Virus record (IMG/VR): IMGVR_UViG_3300037466_003063
DNA length: 20,000 nucleotides
Direction: 5' to 3' (one strand)
Source: an uncultured virus (IMG/VR IMGVR_UViG_3300037466_003063)
Lineage: Duplodnaviria > Heunggongvirae > Uroviricota > Caudoviricetes
In this document: one piece after another, positions 16,907 to 20,000 of the stretch
Position numbering within the stretch: the stretch's first letter is position 1
How the letters are laid out: every line of letters starts with the position of its first letter
Translations under genes and position numbers: made by a program
Notes under the pieces: model-generated
Told to the model about the DNA's origin: nothing
What the model saw: only the letters and a program-made list of their open reading frames with translations
Databases searched by the model: none

Positions 16907-17019
16907 GCGCATTCTACACGATGCTCGCGGAATGCTGCCTCGGTTGGGGCCACCTGTTTCTGCGTCTCAGCGAATGGCTGATCGATCGCGCAATGAGAGC
17001 GGAGATCGGTGACCTGTGA
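16903..17019 (+). CDS. Small hypothetical protein (38 aa, MSAFYTMLAECCLGWGHLFLRLSEWLIDRAMRAEIGDL)
   Basis: Hand-translated. Coupled at both ends: ATGA with the upstream gene and GTGA with the small terminase. Confidence 0.6.
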   Translation: MSAFYTMLAECCLGWGHLFLRLSEWLIDRAMRAEIGDL

Positions 17020-17765
17020 GCGAATTCGATGAGCTAATTGACGCTCCGCCCAAACGGAAGCGCGGTCCCGGCCGTCCCCGAAAAGAAGAAGTCGCAGCCC
17101 GCCTCGCCGAGCAGGAGCGCGAGGAAGAAGACTTCTGGTCGACGCCGGCGATGCAGGCAGCCATGAAGTCTGCTGCATCGGGCAACACGCTGATCGACGA
17201 ACGCGTCTTCCACATGCCCGTGTCGCAGAATTTCCTCGCGCGGGTCTTCGTCATGGACACGATGACGGTCAACCGTCGTCTGCGGCGCCTGAAGCCGGTC
17301 GGCTACGCCGGCGGCGAGAAGCAGAAGCGTCCGCTCTACGATTTCAAGTCTGCGTGCGAACATCTTCTCAAGCCGAAGATGGACATCGACACGTATCTCG
17401 CGACCCTGAACCCGGCGGACATGCCGAACGCCATCAACAAGACGTTCTGGGAAGCCAAGCGGATCAAGCTGAAGTTCGAGATCGAGGCGGGCCAAGCCTG
17501 GGCGACCGAGGACGTGCTGGAGGTCTTCGGCCGCATGGCGATGACGATCAAGAGTCATTCGCAGCTGTGGGTCGAGAATATGCGCTCGGCGCTGTCCGAC
17601 GAGCAGCTGGCGAAGCTCTCGACCATGGTCGACGTGTTCAACTCGGAACTCCACGACATGCTGATGGAGGAGCCGAAGAAGCGGCAGACCCGCAGCCGCC
17701 TCGCGGCGATCGAGCACGAGATGTTGGGCGACGATGACGATGAGGATGAGGGCGCTGCGGCGTAA
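17016..17765 (+). CDS. Terminase small subunit (DUF1441/Nu1-like)
   Basis: Directly upstream of and coupled (TAATG) to the large terminase. Winged-HTH-like segment, NKTFWEAKRIKLKFEIEAGQAW, and N-terminal AT-hook-like GRPRK. Confidence 0.82.
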   Translation: MSEFDELIDAPPKRKRGPGRPRKEEVAARLAEQEREEEDFWSTPAMQAAMKSAASGNTLIDERVFHMPVSQNFLARVFVMDTMTVNRRLRRLKPVGYAGGEKQKRPLYDFKSACEHLLKPKMDIDTYLATLNPADMPNAINKTFWEAKRIKLKFEIEAGQAWATEDVLEVFGRMAMTIKSHSQLWVENMRSALSDEQLAKLSTMVDVFNSELHDMLMEEPKKRQTRSRLAAIEHEMLGDDDDEDEGAAA

Positions 17766-19897
17766 TGCACACCGTCATTCACCCGACCACCAAGGAGGAA
17801 ATCACCCTCTTTGACTCGCTTGAGGAGATGATCGTCGCGGCCGCCGATGCGGTGCGACCGCCGGAGCGCATCACGGTCAGTGAGGCCGCCGAGCGCTATC
17901 ACATCGTCAACAATCCCGGCCAGCATGTCGGGCCGTTCAGTCTCGACCGGACACCGTACCTGCGCGAGCCGATGGATGTGCTGACCAGCCTCGATTATAC
18001 GGGCATGGCGTTCCTCGGGCCGGCGCGTACCGGCAAGTCGGCGATGTTCATCAACTGGCTGTGCTCGACGGCGATCATGGATCCGGCGGACATGATGATC
18101 GTTCACATGGCGCAGCATACCGCGCGCGAATGGTCGCAGGCCGACCTCGCCAAGGCGATTCGCAACAGCCCCGAGCTTCGCAAGCGCATGACTCCCGGTC
18201 GGCAGAACGATAACGTCTTCGACAAGCACTTCCTCAGCGGGATGCGCTTGGGCATCACCTGGCCGACCATCAATAACCTCTCGGGCAAGACCATCCCGCG
18301 CAGCTGGCTGATGGATTATGACCGAATGCCGCAGAACGTCGACGGCGAAGGCAACCCGTTCGATCTCACGAAGAAGCGCGGCGACACGTTCGGCCGCTAT
18401 GCGATGACGGGCGTTGAGGCGTCGCCAGGTTTCCCTGTCAACGACGCGAAGTGGCTCCCGAAGACTCCGCACGAAGGCCCTCCCACCGGCGACGAGAAGA
18501 CCGGTGGCGGCATCGTGCAAATCTACAACCGCGGCGACCGGCGCCGCTGGTACTGGCGCTGTCCGCAGTGCAACGAGTCGTTCCAGCCCCACTTCAAGCT
18601 GCTGCAGTGGCCGAACAGTGCAGACCCGATGGACGCCGCAGAGCAGGTCGTGCTGGTCTGCCCGCATGATGGCTTCCCGATGACGCCGGACATGCAGCAC
18701 GAACTCAACCTTGGCGGTCGTTGGATCAAGGAGGGGCAGGTGTGGCTGCCGGACGGTTCGATTGTCGGCACTCCGCGGCGTTCGGACATCGCATCCTTCT
18801 GGATGTTCGGACCGGCTGCAGGCTTCACCAACTGGAAGCTGCTGGTTCACCGCTACCTGGTAGCACTCGAAGCGTATGAGCGCACCGGCGACGAAGGGCC
18901 GCTGACCACCACGACCAACGTCGACCAAGGCGACGCCTACGTCCCCAAGGTGCTCGAAGCAGGCCGGCTCCCCGAGGAACTGAAACGCCGCGCGCAGGAT
19001 TGGGGCGGCAGCGCTGAGGCGCCGGTCGTTCCGGTCGAGGCCGGAGGCGGTTTCCTCGTCGCGACCGTCGACGTTCAGGCGGGAGGCAAGCCGTCGTTCG
19101 TCGTTCACGTCTATCTCGTCAGCGGCAACGACATCTGGCATGTTGAGATGTTCAAGATCCGCAAATCGAAGCGGGTCGACGGCGACGGCGATCATCACCT
19201 GATCGATCCGGCGTCGCACCCCGAGGATTGGGACCTGCTGATCGAGCAGGTGCTGCAGCGCACCGTGCCGCTCGGCGACGGCAGCGGCCGCAAGATGCAC
19301 ATCAAGATCGTTGGCTGCGACTCCGGCGGCGCGGACGGCGTGACGGCGAATGCCTACGACTTTTATCGTCGGCTGCGCGCCCGCGGCGATGACCTGCATC
19401 GGCGCTTCCATTTGCTGAAGGGCGCACCGAGCCGGACCGAGACAGCACCGCTGCGGCTCACCTATCCGAACGCGCAGCAGAAGGACAAGCTGGCGATCGC
19501 CCGCGGCGACGTTCCCGTCTACCTGATCAACTCGAACATCGTGAAGGATCAGGCGTCTAACATGCTCGGCCGCGAGGAAGCTGGCGGCGCAGTCCATTTC
19601 CCCGCCTGGGCGGAAGACTGGCTCTACACGCAGTTGACGACCGAGGTCCGCACCGCGAAGGGATGGGAAAATCCGAGCCGGCGTCGCAACGAAGCGTTCG
19701 ACTTGCTGTCCTACTGCATCGCGCTGTTGAGCCATCCGGACATTCGCGCGCACGTTGCAGGCTTCTGGGAGAAGCCGCCGTCATGGGCAGGGCCATGGGA
19801 GAGCAACGAGTTCGTTACCGGCGAAGGTGCTCCAGCGCCGTACGAGGCGAAGACCGAGCGCAAATCGCTCAAGGACATCGGCGACACCTTGCTTTAG
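17765..19897 (+). CDS. Terminase large subunit, lambda gpA family
   Basis: RPPERITVSEAA, TPYLREPMD, Walker A GPARTGKS, GDRRRWYWRCPQC, nuclease motifs TVDVQ, CDSGG and RNEAFDL. Confidence 0.95.
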   Translation: MHTVIHPTTKEEITLFDSLEEMIVAAADAVRPPERITVSEAAERYHIVNNPGQHVGPFSLDRTPYLREPMDVLTSLDYTGMAFLGPARTGKSAMFINWLCSTAIMDPADMMIVHMAQHTAREWSQADLAKAIRNSPELRKRMTPGRQNDNVFDKHFLSGMRLGITWPTINNLSGKTIPRSWLMDYDRMPQNVDGEGNPFDLTKKRGDTFGRYAMTGVEASPGFPVNDAKWLPKTPHEGPPTGDEKTGGGIVQIYNRGDRRRWYWRCPQCNESFQPHFKLLQWPNSADPMDAAEQVVLVCPHDGFPMTPDMQHELNLGGRWIKEGQVWLPDGSIVGTPRRSDIASFWMFGPAAGFTNWKLLVHRYLVALEAYERTGDEGPLTTTTNVDQGDAYVPKVLEAGRLPEELKRRAQDWGGSAEAPVVPVEAGGGFLVATVDVQAGGKPSFVVHVYLVSGNDIWHVEMFKIRKSKRVDGDGDHHLIDPASHPEDWDLLIEQVLQRTVPLGDGSGRKMHIKIVGCDSGGADGVTANAYDFYRRLRARGDDLHRRFHLLKGAPSRTETAPLRLTYPNAQQKDKLAIARGDVPVYLINSNIVKDQASNMLGREEAGGAVHFPAWAEDWLYTQLTTEVRTAKGWENPSRRRNEAFDLLSYCIALLSHPDIRAHVAGFWEKPPSWAGPWESNEFVTGEGAPAPYEAKTERKSLKDIGDTLL

Positions 19898-19978
19898 GTT
19901 GAAAATCAACTTTGTGATGACGCCGCCAACCGATTAGTGTAATCCTTGCGACTCTTCCTTGCAAGGGAGTTCACCCTA

Positions 19979-20000
19979 ATGGCTTATCTCCATCCTGACG
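19979..20000 (+). CDS. Start of the next gene (possibly head-tail joining protein), truncated
   Basis: ATG 19979 after AAGGGAG. Only 7 codons are visible; identity is inferred from gene order alone. Confidence 0.4.

Larger units (their letters stand above)
1..20000. mobile_element. Temperate tailed phage genome segment (replication, lysogeny and packaging modules), apparently non-integrated form
   Basis: Primase, polymerase, helicase, integrase and terminase genes are contiguous, with no recognisable host housekeeping genes. The att site has phage genes and arm repeats on both sides. Confidence 0.93.

Noticed and set aside
17555..19753. 732 aa ORF on the - strand
   Set aside because: Antisense shadow of the terminase genes, expected from high-GC codon bias.

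Overview
A 20 kb stretch of a GC-rich temperate tailed phage genome, probably from an alphaproteobacterial (possibly Sphingomonadaceae) host; the host is inferred. The gene order resembles Chi/Enc34/APSE-type phages. It runs: small membrane/secreted ORFs; a ~650 nt promoter-to-terminator structured non-coding region; primase-helicase and Cro-like HTH (minus strand); a replication operon (HNH endonuclease, DUF2800 exonuclease, DUF2815 SSB, nucleotidyltransferase, family B DNA polymerase, SF2 helicase, VRR-NUC); an XRE repressor; Xis-like gene and tyrosine integrase; an intact attP whose core is a tRNA-Cys 3' end; and a packaging operon with lambda-type terminase. The most striking unexplained element is the candidate large ornate ncRNA at ~1633-2300. 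Other signals are a TCAA-N7-TTGA operator family overlapping most promoters, C-rich-loop hairpin cassettes, and a shared acidic S-[DE]-F-D-[DE]-L peptide motif. All family calls come from recognising motifs by eye; no searches were run.
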